DNA from: a virus
Taxonomy: Duplodnaviria > Heunggongvirae > Uroviricota > Caudoviricetes
Length of the DNA: 23,727 nucleotides
IMG/VR virus record: IMGVR_UViG_2671180283_000006
Reading direction: 5' to 3' (one strand)
Shown: positions 15,222 to 23,727 of the stretch, in pieces
Position numbering within the stretch: the first letter of the stretch is position 1
How the letters are laid out: each line of letters opens with the position of its first letter
Notes under the pieces: generated by a model
Databases searched by the model: none
What the model saw: the letters and a program-made list of their open reading frames with translations, nothing else
What the model was told of the DNA's origin: nothing
Made by a program: the position numbers and the translations under genes

Positions 15222-18200
15222 TTTGGGGATTGATGCGGCAGAGTTTAAAAATGAAATTCCCCGTATCAAAAACCTTCTGAATGGTGCAGCCAGCGATGCA
15301 GAACGGTCTTCTGCCCGTATGCAGCGTTTTATGGAGCGTCAGACTCAGGCCGCCCGGCAGACAACGCAGGCAGCTTCTTCGGCTGCAACAGCCGCATCCG
15401 TCCATGCGCAGACGGTGGAGAAGAACGCACAGGCTCATGAACGCATGGCCCGCGAGGTGGAGAAAACCCGCCAGCGCATGGAGGCACTGAGCCAGAAAAT
15501 GCGCGAGGAACAGGCGCAGGCCATGGCTCTGGCGGAGGCTCAGGATAAAGCGGCTGCTGCGTTTTATCGTCAGATTGACAGTGTGAAACAGGCCAGTGCG
15601 GGGCTGCAGGAATTACAGCGTATTCAGCAGCAGATCCGACAGGCCAGAAACAGTGGCGGGATTGGTCAGCAGGATTATCTGGCGCTGATTTCTGAGGTTA
15701 CTGCGAAAACTCGTGTTCTTACACAGGCTGAGGAAGAGGCTACCCGACAGAAAGTGGCGTTTATCCGTCAGCTTAAAGAGCAGGCAACCCGCCAGAATCT
15801 TTCTTCTTCTGAGTTGCTTCGTGCTAAGGCTGCCCAGCTGGGGGTAAGCAGTGCTGCAGAAGTGTATATCCGCAAAATGGAGCAGGCAGGAAAAGCCACG
15901 CATTCGCTGGGTCTGAAAAGTGCAGCGGCCCGCCAGGAGATAGGCGTTCTGATAGGTGAACTGGCTCGCGGCAATTTAGGTGCGCTGAGGGGATCCGGGA
16001 TAACGCTGGCTAACCGTGCCGGATGGATAGACACACTGATGTCACCGAAAGGCATGATGCTGGGCGGGGTTATTGGCGGTATTGCCGCGGCCGTCTATGG
16101 TCTGGGTAAAGCCTGGTATGATGGTCAGAAGGAGGGGGAAGAATTTAACCGCCAGTTGTCGCTGACGGGGCATTATGCCGGAGTCACTGCCGGGCAGCTG
16201 TGGACGCTCAGTCGTGCTATTTCCGGGAATGGTATCACGCAACATGCTGCAGCCGGTGCGCTGGCTCAGGTGGTGGGGAGTGGTGCATTTCGTGGAAACG
16301 ATATCGGTATGGTGGCGAGAGCTGCCGCACAGATGGAGCGATCGGTTGGCCAGTCGGTCAGCGATACCATAAATCAGTTTAAGCGGCTGAAGGATGATCC
16401 TGTAAATGCCGCGAAGGCTCTGGACAATGAGCTGCATTTTCTTACTGCCACTCAGCTTGAGCAGATACGCGTCCTTGGGGAACAGGGGCGGTCCAGTGAT
16501 GCGGCACGGATAGCCATGTCTGCACTGGCAGAGGAAACCGGTCGGCGTACTGCGGATATTGATAATAACCTCAATGCGCTGGGCAGTACGCTGAAGTATC
16601 TGTCTGATTTATGGAGTCGTTTCTGGGATGCGGCCATGAATATTGGTCGTGAAGACTCGCTGGATGAACAGATTTCCGCTTTACAGGAGAAAGTGTCGCG
16701 GGCGAAAAGACTCCCCTGGACGGCATCATCTTCTCAGGTTGAGTACGATCAGCAGCGTCTTAACGAGCTTCAGAAGAAAAAACGCCAGAAGGATTTGCAG
16801 GATGCAAAAGAGCAGGCAGAGCAGAATTATCAGGAGCAACAGAAACGCCGTAATGCTGAAAATGCTGCACTGAACCGGATGAATGAAACGGAAGCAGCAC
16901 GACATCAGCGTGAAATTGCGCGTATTAATTCCATGCAGTACGCCGATCAGGCTGTCAGGGATGCGGCGATACAACGTGAAAATGAACGTTACGAGAAAGC
17001 CCTGGCATCCGGTAAGAAAAAAACACGCGAACCCCGTAATGATGAGGCCACCCGGTTATTGCTGCAGTACAGTCAGCAACAGGCACAGGTGGAAGGACAG
17101 ATTGCTGCTGCCAGACAGTCAGCAGGCATTGCCACGGAAAGGATGACAGAAGCGCATAAACAGCTTCTGGCTCTGCAGCAGCGCATCAGCGACCTGGACG
17201 GGAAAAAACTGACGGCAGATGAAAAGAGTGTGCTGGCCCGTAAAGATGAACTGATTCAGGCACTGACGCTGCTGGATGTAAAACAGCAGGAGCTTCAGAA
17301 ACAGACGGCACTCAACGAGCTGAAGAAAAAAACAATTCAGCTGACCAGTCAACTGGCTGAAGAAGAGCGCGCTCAGCGTCAGCAACATGACCTGGATATC
17401 GCCACGGTGGGTATGGGTGATCAGCAGCGGCAGCGATATCAGGTACAACTGAGTCTTCGCCAGAAATACCAGCAACAGCTGGAGCAGTTGAGGCGGGATA
17501 GTGAGCAGAAAGGAACATATAACACGGATGACTACAGAAAGGCCGAGCAGGCGCTGACGGAGAGCCTGAACCGACAACTGAATGAGAATCGCCGTTACTG
17601 GCAACAGCTTGAAGTTGTGCAGGGTAACTGGAAAAACGGAGTCCTGCGTGCATTTCAGAATTTTACCGTGGATGCAGATAATACGGCAGGAACAGCAGAA
17701 CAGGTGTTCTCGTCAGCCTTCAGCAACATGGGAAATGGCCTGGCAACTTTTGTCACTACCGGCAAACTCAATTTCAAATCCTTCACCTCTTCTGTGCTGT
17801 CAGATATGGCGAAAATCCTGGCGCAGGCAACCATGATGAAATCGATAAAAGGGATTGGCAGTGTACTGGGATTTGATCTCAGCAGCCTTTCCCTGAATGC
17901 CAATGGGGGGATTTATCAGTCTGCTGATTTGAGTCGTTACAGTGGCACGGTGGTTAACCGTCCGACGTTTTTTGCTTTTGCAAAAGGCGCGGGTGTGATG
18001 GGGGAAGCGGGACCTGAAGCCATTCTGCCACTGCGTCGTGGTGCTGACGGTAAGCTGGGGGTTGTGGCGGATATTGGTGGTTCAGGTATGGCGATGTTTG
18101 CCCCGCAGTACAACATCGAGATCAATAACGATGGCACGAACGGGCAGATAGGTCCGGCTGCCCTGAAGGTGGTTTATGACCTCGGGAAAAAAGCGGCAGC

Positions 18201-18258
18201 GGACTTTATGCAACAGCAGGCCCGTGATGGTGGTCGGTTAAGTGGAGCATATCGGTAA
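15193..18258 (+). CDS. H: Tail tape measure protein (lambda gpH-like)
   Basis: About 1021 aa from ATG at 15193 with GGAGG upstream; N-terminus MDQIANLVIDLGIDAAEF vs lambda MAEPVGDLVVDLSLDAARF; C-terminus INNDGTNGQIGPAALKVVYD...DGGRLSG matches lambda H; long central coiled-coil. Confidence 0.9.
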   Translation: MDQIANLVIDLGIDAAEFKNEIPRIKNLLNGAASDAERSSARMQRFMERQTQAARQTTQAASSAATAASVHAQTVEKNAQAHERMAREVEKTRQRMEALSQKMREEQAQAMALAEAQDKAAAAFYRQIDSVKQASAGLQELQRIQQQIRQARNSGGIGQQDYLALISEVTAKTRVLTQAEEEATRQKVAFIRQLKEQATRQNLSSSELLRAKAAQLGVSSAAEVYIRKMEQAGKATHSLGLKSAAARQEIGVLIGELARGNLGALRGSGITLANRAGWIDTLMSPKGMMLGGVIGGIAAAVYGLGKAWYDGQKEGEEFNRQLSLTGHYAGVTAGQLWTLSRAISGNGITQHAAAGALAQVVGSGAFRGNDIGMVARAAAQMERSVGQSVSDTINQFKRLKDDPVNAAKALDNELHFLTATQLEQIRVLGEQGRSSDAARIAMSALAEETGRRTADIDNNLNALGSTLKYLSDLWSRFWDAAMNIGREDSLDEQISALQEKVSRAKRLPWTASSSQVEYDQQRLNELQKKKRQKDLQDAKEQAEQNYQEQQKRRNAENAALNRMNETEAARHQREIARINSMQYADQAVRDAAIQRENERYEKALASGKKKTREPRNDEATRLLLQYSQQQAQVEGQIAAARQSAGIATERMTEAHKQLLALQQRISDLDGKKLTADEKSVLARKDELIQALTLLDVKQQELQKQTALNELKKKTIQLTSQLAEEERAQRQQHDLDIATVGMGDQQRQRYQVQLSLRQKYQQQLEQLRRDSEQKGTYNTDDYRKAEQALTESLNRQLNENRRYWQQLEVVQGNWKNGVLRAFQNFTVDADNTAGTAEQVFSSAFSNMGNGLATFVTTGKLNFKSFTSSVLSDMAKILAQATMMKSIKGIGSVLGFDLSSLSLNANGGIYQSADLSRYSGTVVNRPTFFAFAKGAGVMGEAGPEAILPLRRGADGKLGVVADIGGSGMAMFAPQYNIEINNDGTNGQIGPAALKVVYDLGKKAAADFMQQQARDGGRLSGAYR

Positions 18259-18587
18259 TGGAGACGTTTCACTGGAAAGTGCGCCCGGATATGAATGTGG
18301 TATCAGAGCCGAAAGTGGTGACAGTGAAGCTGGGCGATGGTTATGAACAGCGTCGTGCGGCGGGACTGAATAACCAGTTGTCGATTTACAGCGTGACGAT
18401 ACGTGTTCGTAAATGTGAACACCCATCTTTAAAAGCCTTTCTGGAACGGCACGGTGGCGTCCGCGCATTTCAGTGGACGCCACCTTATGACTGGAAGCCG
18501 ATCAGGGTGGTTTGTCGTAAATGGTCGGCAAGCGTGGGGGCGCTGTGGGTAACCATAACGGCAGATTTTGAACAGGTCGTGGCATAG
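18258..18587 (+). CDS. M: Minor tail protein M
   Basis: 109 aa, same length as lambda M; FHWKVRPDM...GDGYEQR...HGG...WTPPYDWK...FEQVV pattern; start overlaps the H stop (TAATG). Confidence 0.9.
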   Translation: METFHWKVRPDMNVVSEPKVVTVKLGDGYEQRRAAGLNNQLSIYSVTIRVRKCEHPSLKAFLERHGGVRAFQWTPPYDWKPIRVVCRKWSASVGALWVTITADFEQVVA

Positions 18588-18596
18588 GAGGCCCTG

Positions 18597-19295
18597 ATGC
18601 AGGATATTTCACAGGAAACACATCATGAGACGACACGCCTCACTCAGTCAGCCCAGGTGGTGCTCTGGGAAATCGATCTGACAGTGGTCGGTGGTGAACG
18701 TTATTTTTTCTGTAATGAGCAGAACGATAAAGGTGAGCCGGTCACCTGGCAGGGGCGACAGTATCAGGCGTATCCCATTCAGGGGACGGGATTTGAACTG
18801 AACGGCAAAGGCAGTGCTGCCCGTCCGACACTGACGGTTTCTAACCTGCACGGCATGGTCACCGGGATGGCGGAAGACCTGCAGAGTCTGGTCGGAGGAA
18901 CGGTGGTCCGGCGTAAGGTTTACGCCCGTTTTCTGGATGCGGTGAACTTCGTCAACGGAAACAGTGACGCCGATCCGGAGCAGGAGGTGATCAGCCGCTG
19001 GCGCATCGAGCAGTGCAGTGAACTGAGCGCGGTGAGTGCCTCTTTTGTACTGTCCACGCCGACGGAAACGGACGGTGCCGTTTTTCCGGGACGTATCATG
19101 CTGGCCAACACCTGCACCTGGACCTATCGCGGTGATGAGTGCGGTTATCACGGTCCGGCGGTCGCGGATGAATATGATCAGCCGACGTCCGATATCACGA
19201 AGGATAAATGCAGCAAATGCCTGAGCGGCTGTAAGTTTCGCAATAACGTCGGCAACTTTGGCGGCTTCCTTTCCATTAACAAACTTTCGCAGTGA
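18597..19295 (+). CDS. L: Minor tail protein L
   Basis: 232 aa, same length as lambda L; C-terminal cysteine cluster CTWTYRGDECGY...CSKCLSGC. Confidence 0.9.
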   Translation: MQDISQETHHETTRLTQSAQVVLWEIDLTVVGGERYFFCNEQNDKGEPVTWQGRQYQAYPIQGTGFELNGKGSAARPTLTVSNLHGMVTGMAEDLQSLVGGTVVRRKVYARFLDAVNFVNGNSDADPEQEVISRWRIEQCSELSAVSASFVLSTPTETDGAVFPGRIMLANTCTWTYRGDECGYHGPAVADEYDQPTSDITKDKCSKCLSGCKFRNNVGNFGGFLSINKLSQ

Positions 19296-19300
19296 ATCCC

Positions 19301-20044
19301 ATGACAGAGACAGAATCAGCGATTCTGGCGCACGCCCGGCGATGTGCGCCAGCGGAGTCGTGCGGCTTCGTGGTGAGAACACCGGAGGGGGAAAGATATT
19401 TTCCCTGCGTGAATATATCCGGTGAGCCGGAGGAGTATTTCCGGATGTCGCCGGAGGACTGGCTGAGTGCAGAAATGCAGGGAGAGATTGTGGCGCTGGT
19501 CCACAGCCACCCCGGTGGTCTGCCCTGGCTGAGTGAGGCCGACCGGCGGCTGCAGGTGCAGAGTGATTTGCCGTGGTGGCTGGTCTGCCGGGGGGCGATT
19601 CATAAATTCCGCTGTGTGCCGCATCTCACCGGGCGGCGCTTTGAGCACGGGGTGACGGACTGTTACACGCTGTTCCGGGACGCTTACCATCTGGCGGGAA
19701 TTGAGATGCCGGATTTTCATCGCGGGGATGACTGGTGGCGTCACGGTCAGAATCTCTATCTGGATAATCTGGAGGCCACAGGGCTGTATCAGGTGCCGTT
19801 GTCATCAGCACAACCGGGCGATGTGCTGCTGTGCTGCTTTGGTTCATCGGTGCCGAATCATGCCGCCATTTACTGTGGTGACGGCGAGCTGCTGCACCAT
19901 ATTCCTGAACAACTGAGCAAACGAGAGAGGTATACCGACAAATGGCAGCGACGCACACACTCCCTCTGGCGTCACCGGGCATGGCGCGCATCTGCCTTTA
20001 CGGGGATTTACAACGATTTGGCCGCCGCATCGATCTGCGTGTGA
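19301..20044 (+). CDS. K: Tail assembly protein K (MPN/JAB plus NlpC/P60 domains)
   Basis: MTETESAILAHARRCAPAESCGFVV... near-identical to lambda K; metal-binding HSHPGG motif; track start 19292 is a GTG upstream extension. Confidence 0.9.
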   Translation: MTETESAILAHARRCAPAESCGFVVRTPEGERYFPCVNISGEPEEYFRMSPEDWLSAEMQGEIVALVHSHPGGLPWLSEADRRLQVQSDLPWWLVCRGAIHKFRCVPHLTGRRFEHGVTDCYTLFRDAYHLAGIEMPDFHRGDDWWRHGQNLYLDNLEATGLYQVPLSSAQPGDVLLCCFGSSVPNHAAIYCGDGELLHHIPEQLSKRERYTDKWQRRTHSLWRHRAWRASAFTGIYNDLAAASICV

Positions 20045-20583
20045 AAACGGGGGCCGAAGCCATCCGGGCGCTGGCCATGCAGATCCCGGCGTTTCGTCAG
20101 AAGCTGAGCGACGGCTGGTATCAGGTACGCATTGCCGGGCGTGATACAGGTGAAACGGAATTATCAGCCCGTCTTAATGAACCGCTGGCAAATGGTGCTG
20201 TGATCCATATCGTGCCGCGTCTGGCGGGAGCCAAAAGTGGCGGTGTGTTTCAGGCTGTGCTGGGGGCGGCTGTTATGGCGGTTGCTATATGGATGCCGGG
20301 GGTAGGAATTATGGCGAGTAATCTGCTGTTTTCTCTCGGTGCCAGTATGACGCTTGGCGGTGTTGCACAGATGCTGGCCCCTAAACCCAAAACCCCCCGC
20401 ACACAGACAACGGATAACGGCAAACAGAACACCTATTTTTCTTCACTGGATAACATGGTTGCCCAGGGCAATGTTCTGCCTGTTCTGTACGGTGAAATGC
20501 GCGTGGGGTCACGCGTGGTTTCTCAGGAGATCAGCACGGCAGACGAAGGGGATGGTGGTCAGGTTGTGGTGATTGGTCGCTGA
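19942..20583 (+). CDS. I: Tail assembly protein I
   Basis: MAATHTLPLASPGMARICLYGDLQRFGRRIDLRVKTGAEAIRALA... and C-terminus ...GEMRVGSRVVSQEISTADEGDGGQVVVIGR match lambda I; overlaps the 3' end of K as in lambda. Confidence 0.9.
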   Translation: MAATHTLPLASPGMARICLYGDLQRFGRRIDLRVKTGAEAIRALAMQIPAFRQKLSDGWYQVRIAGRDTGETELSARLNEPLANGAVIHIVPRLAGAKSGGVFQAVLGAAVMAVAIWMPGVGIMASNLLFSLGASMTLGGVAQMLAPKPKTPRTQTTDNGKQNTYFSSLDNMVAQGNVLPVLYGEMRVGSRVVSQEISTADEGDGGQVVVIGR

Positions 20584-20602
20584 TGCAAAATGTTTTATGT
20601 GA

Positions 20603-20628
20603 AACCGCCTGCGGGCGGTTTTGTCGTT
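20603..20628 (+). terminator. Terminator-like hairpin between I and J
   Basis: aaccgcc-tgcg-ggcggtt followed by ttgtcgttt (T-rich but interrupted); may attenuate rather than terminate. Confidence 0.35.
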
Positions 20629-20643
20629 TATGGAGCGTGAGGA

Positions 20644-23600
20644 ATGGGTAAAGGAAGCAGTAAGGGGCATACCCCGCGCGAAGCGAAGGACAACCTGAAG
20701 TCCACGCAGTTGCTGAGTGTGATTGATGCCATCAGCGAAGGGCCGGTTGAAGGTCCGGTGGATGGATTAAAAAGCGTGCTGCTGAACAGTACGCCGGTGC
20801 TGGACAGTGATGGGAATACCAACATCGCCGGTGTCACGGTGGTGTTCCGGGCTGGTGAGCAGGAGCAGACTCCGCCGGAGGGATTTGAATCCTCCGGCTC
20901 CGAGACGGTGTTGGGTACGGAAGTGAAATACGACACGCCGATCACCCGCGCCATCACGTCGGCAAACATCGACCGACTGCGCTTTACCTTCGGTGTGCAG
21001 GCACTGGTGGAAACCACCTCAAAGGGGGACCGGAATCCGTCGGAAGTTCGCCTGCTGGTTCAGATACAGCGTAATGGTGGCTGGGTGACGGAAAAAGACA
21101 TCACCATTAAGGGCAAAACCACCTCGCAGTATCTGGCCTCGGTGGTGGTGGATAACCTGCCGCCGCGCCCGTTTAATATCCGGATGCGCAGAATGACGCC
21201 GGACAGCACCACAGACCAGCTGCAGAACAAAACGCTCTGGTCGTCATACACCGAAATCATCGATGTGAAACAGTGCTACCCGAACACGGCACTGGTCGGC
21301 GTGCAGGTGGACTCGGAACAGTTCGGCAGCCAGCAGGTGAGCCGTAATTATCATCTTCGCGGGCGCATTCTGCAGGTGCCGTCGAACTATAACCCGCAGA
21401 CGCGGCAATACAGCGGTATCTGGGACGGAACGTTTAAGCCAGCATACAGCAACAACATGGCCTGGTGTCTGTGGGATATGCTGACCCATCCGCGCTACGG
21501 CATGGGGAAGCGTCTCGGTGCGGCGGATGTGGACAAATGGGCGCTGTATGTCATCGGCCAGAATTGCGACCAGTCGGTGCCGGATGGCTTTGGTGGCACG
21601 GAGCCGCGCATCACCTGTAATGCCTGGCTGACCACACAGCGCAAGGCGTGGGATGTTCTCAGTGATTTCTGCTCGGCGATGCGCTGTATGCCGGTATGGA
21701 ACGGGCAGACGCTGACGTTCGTGCAGGACCGACCGTCGGATAAGGTGTGGACCTATAACCGCAGTAATGTGGTGATGCCGGATGATGGCGCGCCGTTCCG
21801 CTACAGCTTCAGTGCCCTGAAGGACCGTCATAATGCCGTTGAGGTGAACTGGATTGACCCGGATAACGGCTGGGAGACGGCGACAGAGCTTGTGGAGGAC
21901 ACGCAGGCCATTGCCCGTTACGGTCGTAACGTCACGAAGATGGATGCCTTTGGCTGTACCAGCCGGGGGCAGGCACACCGCGCCGGGCTGTGGCTGATTA
22001 AAACGGAACTGCTGGAAACGCAGACCGTGGACTTCAGCGTGGGTGCCGAAGGGCTTCGCCATGTACCAGGTGATGTCATTGAAATCTGTGATGATGACTA
22101 TGCGGGGATCAGCACCGGCGGGCGCGTGCTGGCGGTGAACAGCCAGACCCGGACGCTGACGCTCGACCGTGAAATCACGCTGCCATCCTCCGGTACCACG
22201 CTGATAAGCCTGGTTGACGGAAGTGGCAATCCGGTCAGCGTGGAGGTCCAGTCCGTCACCGACGGCGTGAAGGTAAAAGTGAGCCGTGTTCCTGACGGCG
22301 TTGCCGGATACAGCGTGTGGGGGCTGAAGCTGCCGACGCTGCGCCAGCGCCTGTTCCGCTGCGTGAGTATCCGTGAGAACGACGACGGCACGTATGCCAT
22401 CACCGCCGTGCAGCATGTACCGGAAAAAGAAGCCATCGTGGATAACGGGGCGCACTTTGACGGCGACCAGAGCGGCACGGTGAATGGTGTCACGCCGCCA
22501 GCAGTGCAGCACCTGACTGCCGAAGTCACCGCAGACAGCGGGGAATATCAGGTGCTGGCGCGCTGGGACACGCCGAAGGTGGTGAAGGGGGTGAGCTTTA
22601 TGCTTCGCCTGACCGTAACAGCGGACGACGGCAGTGAGCGGCTGGTCAGCACGGCCCGGACGACAGAAACCACATACCGCTTCAGGCAGCTGGCGCTGGG
22701 GCGTTACACGCTGACGGTCCGGGCGGTAAATGCGTGGGGACAGCAGGGCGATCCGGCATCGGTATCGTTCCGGATTGCCGCACCGGCAGCGCCGTCGCAG
22801 ATTGAGCTGACACCCGGGTATTTTCAGATAACCGCCACGCCGCATCTTGCGGTTTATGATCCGACGGTACAGTTTGAGTTCTGGTTCTCGGAAAAGCGGA
22901 TTGCGGATATCAGGCAGGTTGAAACCAGCGCGCGTTATCTTGGTACGGCGCTGTACTGGATAGCCGCCAGTATCAATATCAGGCCGGGCCATGATTATTA
23001 TTTTTACGTTCGCAGTGTGAATACCGTTGGCAAATCGGCATTCGTGGAGGCTGTTGGTCGGCCGAGTGATGATGCTTCCGGCTATCTGGATTTTTTCAAA
23101 GGCGAGATAGGGAAAAGCCATCTGGCTCAGGAGTTGTGGACGCAGATTGATAACGGTCAGCTTGCGCCTGACCTGGCTGAAATCAGGACGTCCATTACGG
23201 ATGTCAGCAATGAAATCACACAGACCGTCAATAAGAAACTGGAAGATCAGAGTGCAGCGATCCAGCAGATACAGAAGGTTCAGGTTGATACAAATAATAA
23301 CCTGAACAGCATGTGGGCTGTGAAGCTGCAGCAGATGCAGGACGGACGCCTTTATATCGCGGGTATCGGTGCCGGTATTGAGAATACGCCAGCAGGAATG
23401 CAGAGTCAGGTGCTGCTGGCGGCAGACAGGATTGCGATGATTAATCCTGCAAATGGCAACACAAAACCGATGTTTGTTGGTCAGGGTGATCAGATATTCA
23501 TGAATGAAGTGTTCCTGAAATATCTGACGGCTCCCACCATTACCAGCGGCGGTAATCCTCCTGCATTTTCCCTGACACCGGACGGAAAGCTGACCGCTAA

Positions 23601-23652
23601 AAATGCAGATATCAGTGGCAGTGTGAATGCGAACTGTAACCGGCTCATTTAA
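20644..23652 (+). CDS. J: Central tail fibre / host specificity protein J, C-terminally truncated relative to lambda J
   Basis: 1002 aa; near-identical to lambda J from [24 protein letters not shown] through ...[14 protein letters not shown], then ends as CNRLI-stop, whereas lambda J (about 1132 aa as recalled) continues with the receptor-binding domain. Confidence 0.9.
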   Translation: MGKGSSKGHTPREAKDNLKSTQLLSVIDAISEGPVEGPVDGLKSVLLNSTPVLDSDGNTNIAGVTVVFRAGEQEQTPPEGFESSGSETVLGTEVKYDTPITRAITSANIDRLRFTFGVQALVETTSKGDRNPSEVRLLVQIQRNGGWVTEKDITIKGKTTSQYLASVVVDNLPPRPFNIRMRRMTPDSTTDQLQNKTLWSSYTEIIDVKQCYPNTALVGVQVDSEQFGSQQVSRNYHLRGRILQVPSNYNPQTRQYSGIWDGTFKPAYSNNMAWCLWDMLTHPRYGMGKRLGAADVDKWALYVIGQNCDQSVPDGFGGTEPRITCNAWLTTQRKAWDVLSDFCSAMRCMPVWNGQTLTFVQDRPSDKVWTYNRSNVVMPDDGAPFRYSFSALKDRHNAVEVNWIDPDNGWETATELVEDTQAIARYGRNVTKMDAFGCTSRGQAHRAGLWLIKTELLETQTVDFSVGAEGLRHVPGDVIEICDDDYAGISTGGRVLAVNSQTRTLTLDREITLPSSGTTLISLVDGSGNPVSVEVQSVTDGVKVKVSRVPDGVAGYSVWGLKLPTLRQRLFRCVSIRENDDGTYAITAVQHVPEKEAIVDNGAHFDGDQSGTVNGVTPPAVQHLTAEVTADSGEYQVLARWDTPKVVKGVSFMLRLTVTADDGSERLVSTARTTETTYRFRQLALGRYTLTVRAVNAWGQQGDPASVSFRIAAPAAPSQIELTPGYFQITATPHLAVYDPTVQFEFWFSEKRIADIRQVETSARYLGTALYWIAASINIRPGHDYYFYVRSVNTVGKSAFVEAVGRPSDDASGYLDFFKGEIGKSHLAQELWTQIDNGQLAPDLAEIRTSITDVSNEITQTVNKKLEDQSAAIQQIQKVQVDTNNNLNSMWAVKLQQMQDGRLYIAGIGAGIENTPAGMQSQVLLAADRIAMINPANGNTKPMFVGQGDQIFMNEVFLKYLTAPTITSGGNPPAFSLTPDGKLTAKNADISGSVNANCNRLI

Positions 23653-23727
23653 ACCGTCTGGTCTGTTTCCTCCGGCTCTACAAAAATAATGTCCATCATT
23701 TTTAATGGACACTATCGTATGAAACAC

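Noticed and set aside
21244-23727. 827-aa minus-strand ORF running to the window edge
   Set aside because: Fully antisense to J, whose + strand translation is near-identical to lambda J; long antisense ORFs are common in GC-rich coding DNA, and the product is Arg/His/Cys-rich and not protein-like.

Overview
This window reads as the late region of a lambdoid prophage from an enterobacterial (E. coli-like) host, almost entirely on the + strand. In order: the end of the nin region (YbcO-like zinc protein, rusA, antiterminator Q), a late promoter/terminator pair, four tightly packed tRNA-like genes, a lysis cassette (dual-start pinholin, SAR endolysin, Rz with embedded Rz1), cos, terminase small and large subunits, W, portal, a fused protease-scaffold-capsid gene, and a lambda-like tail set FII-Z-U-V-G/GT-H-M-L-K-I-J. 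The most interesting part is an AT-rich, oppositely oriented 230-aa gene of no recognisable family (4417-5109) sitting between Rz/Rz1 and cos, which is a classic moron slot; I treat it as a candidate single-gene defence or host-modulating cargo, not a demonstrated system. A second probable insertion lies between the holin and the endolysin. Other points worth checking are a J gene that loses lambda homology about 130 residues early, a non-canonical G-T frameshift site, and two long perfect inverted repeats after the tRNAs. All homology calls are from reading the translations and recalled reference sequences; no database search was run.
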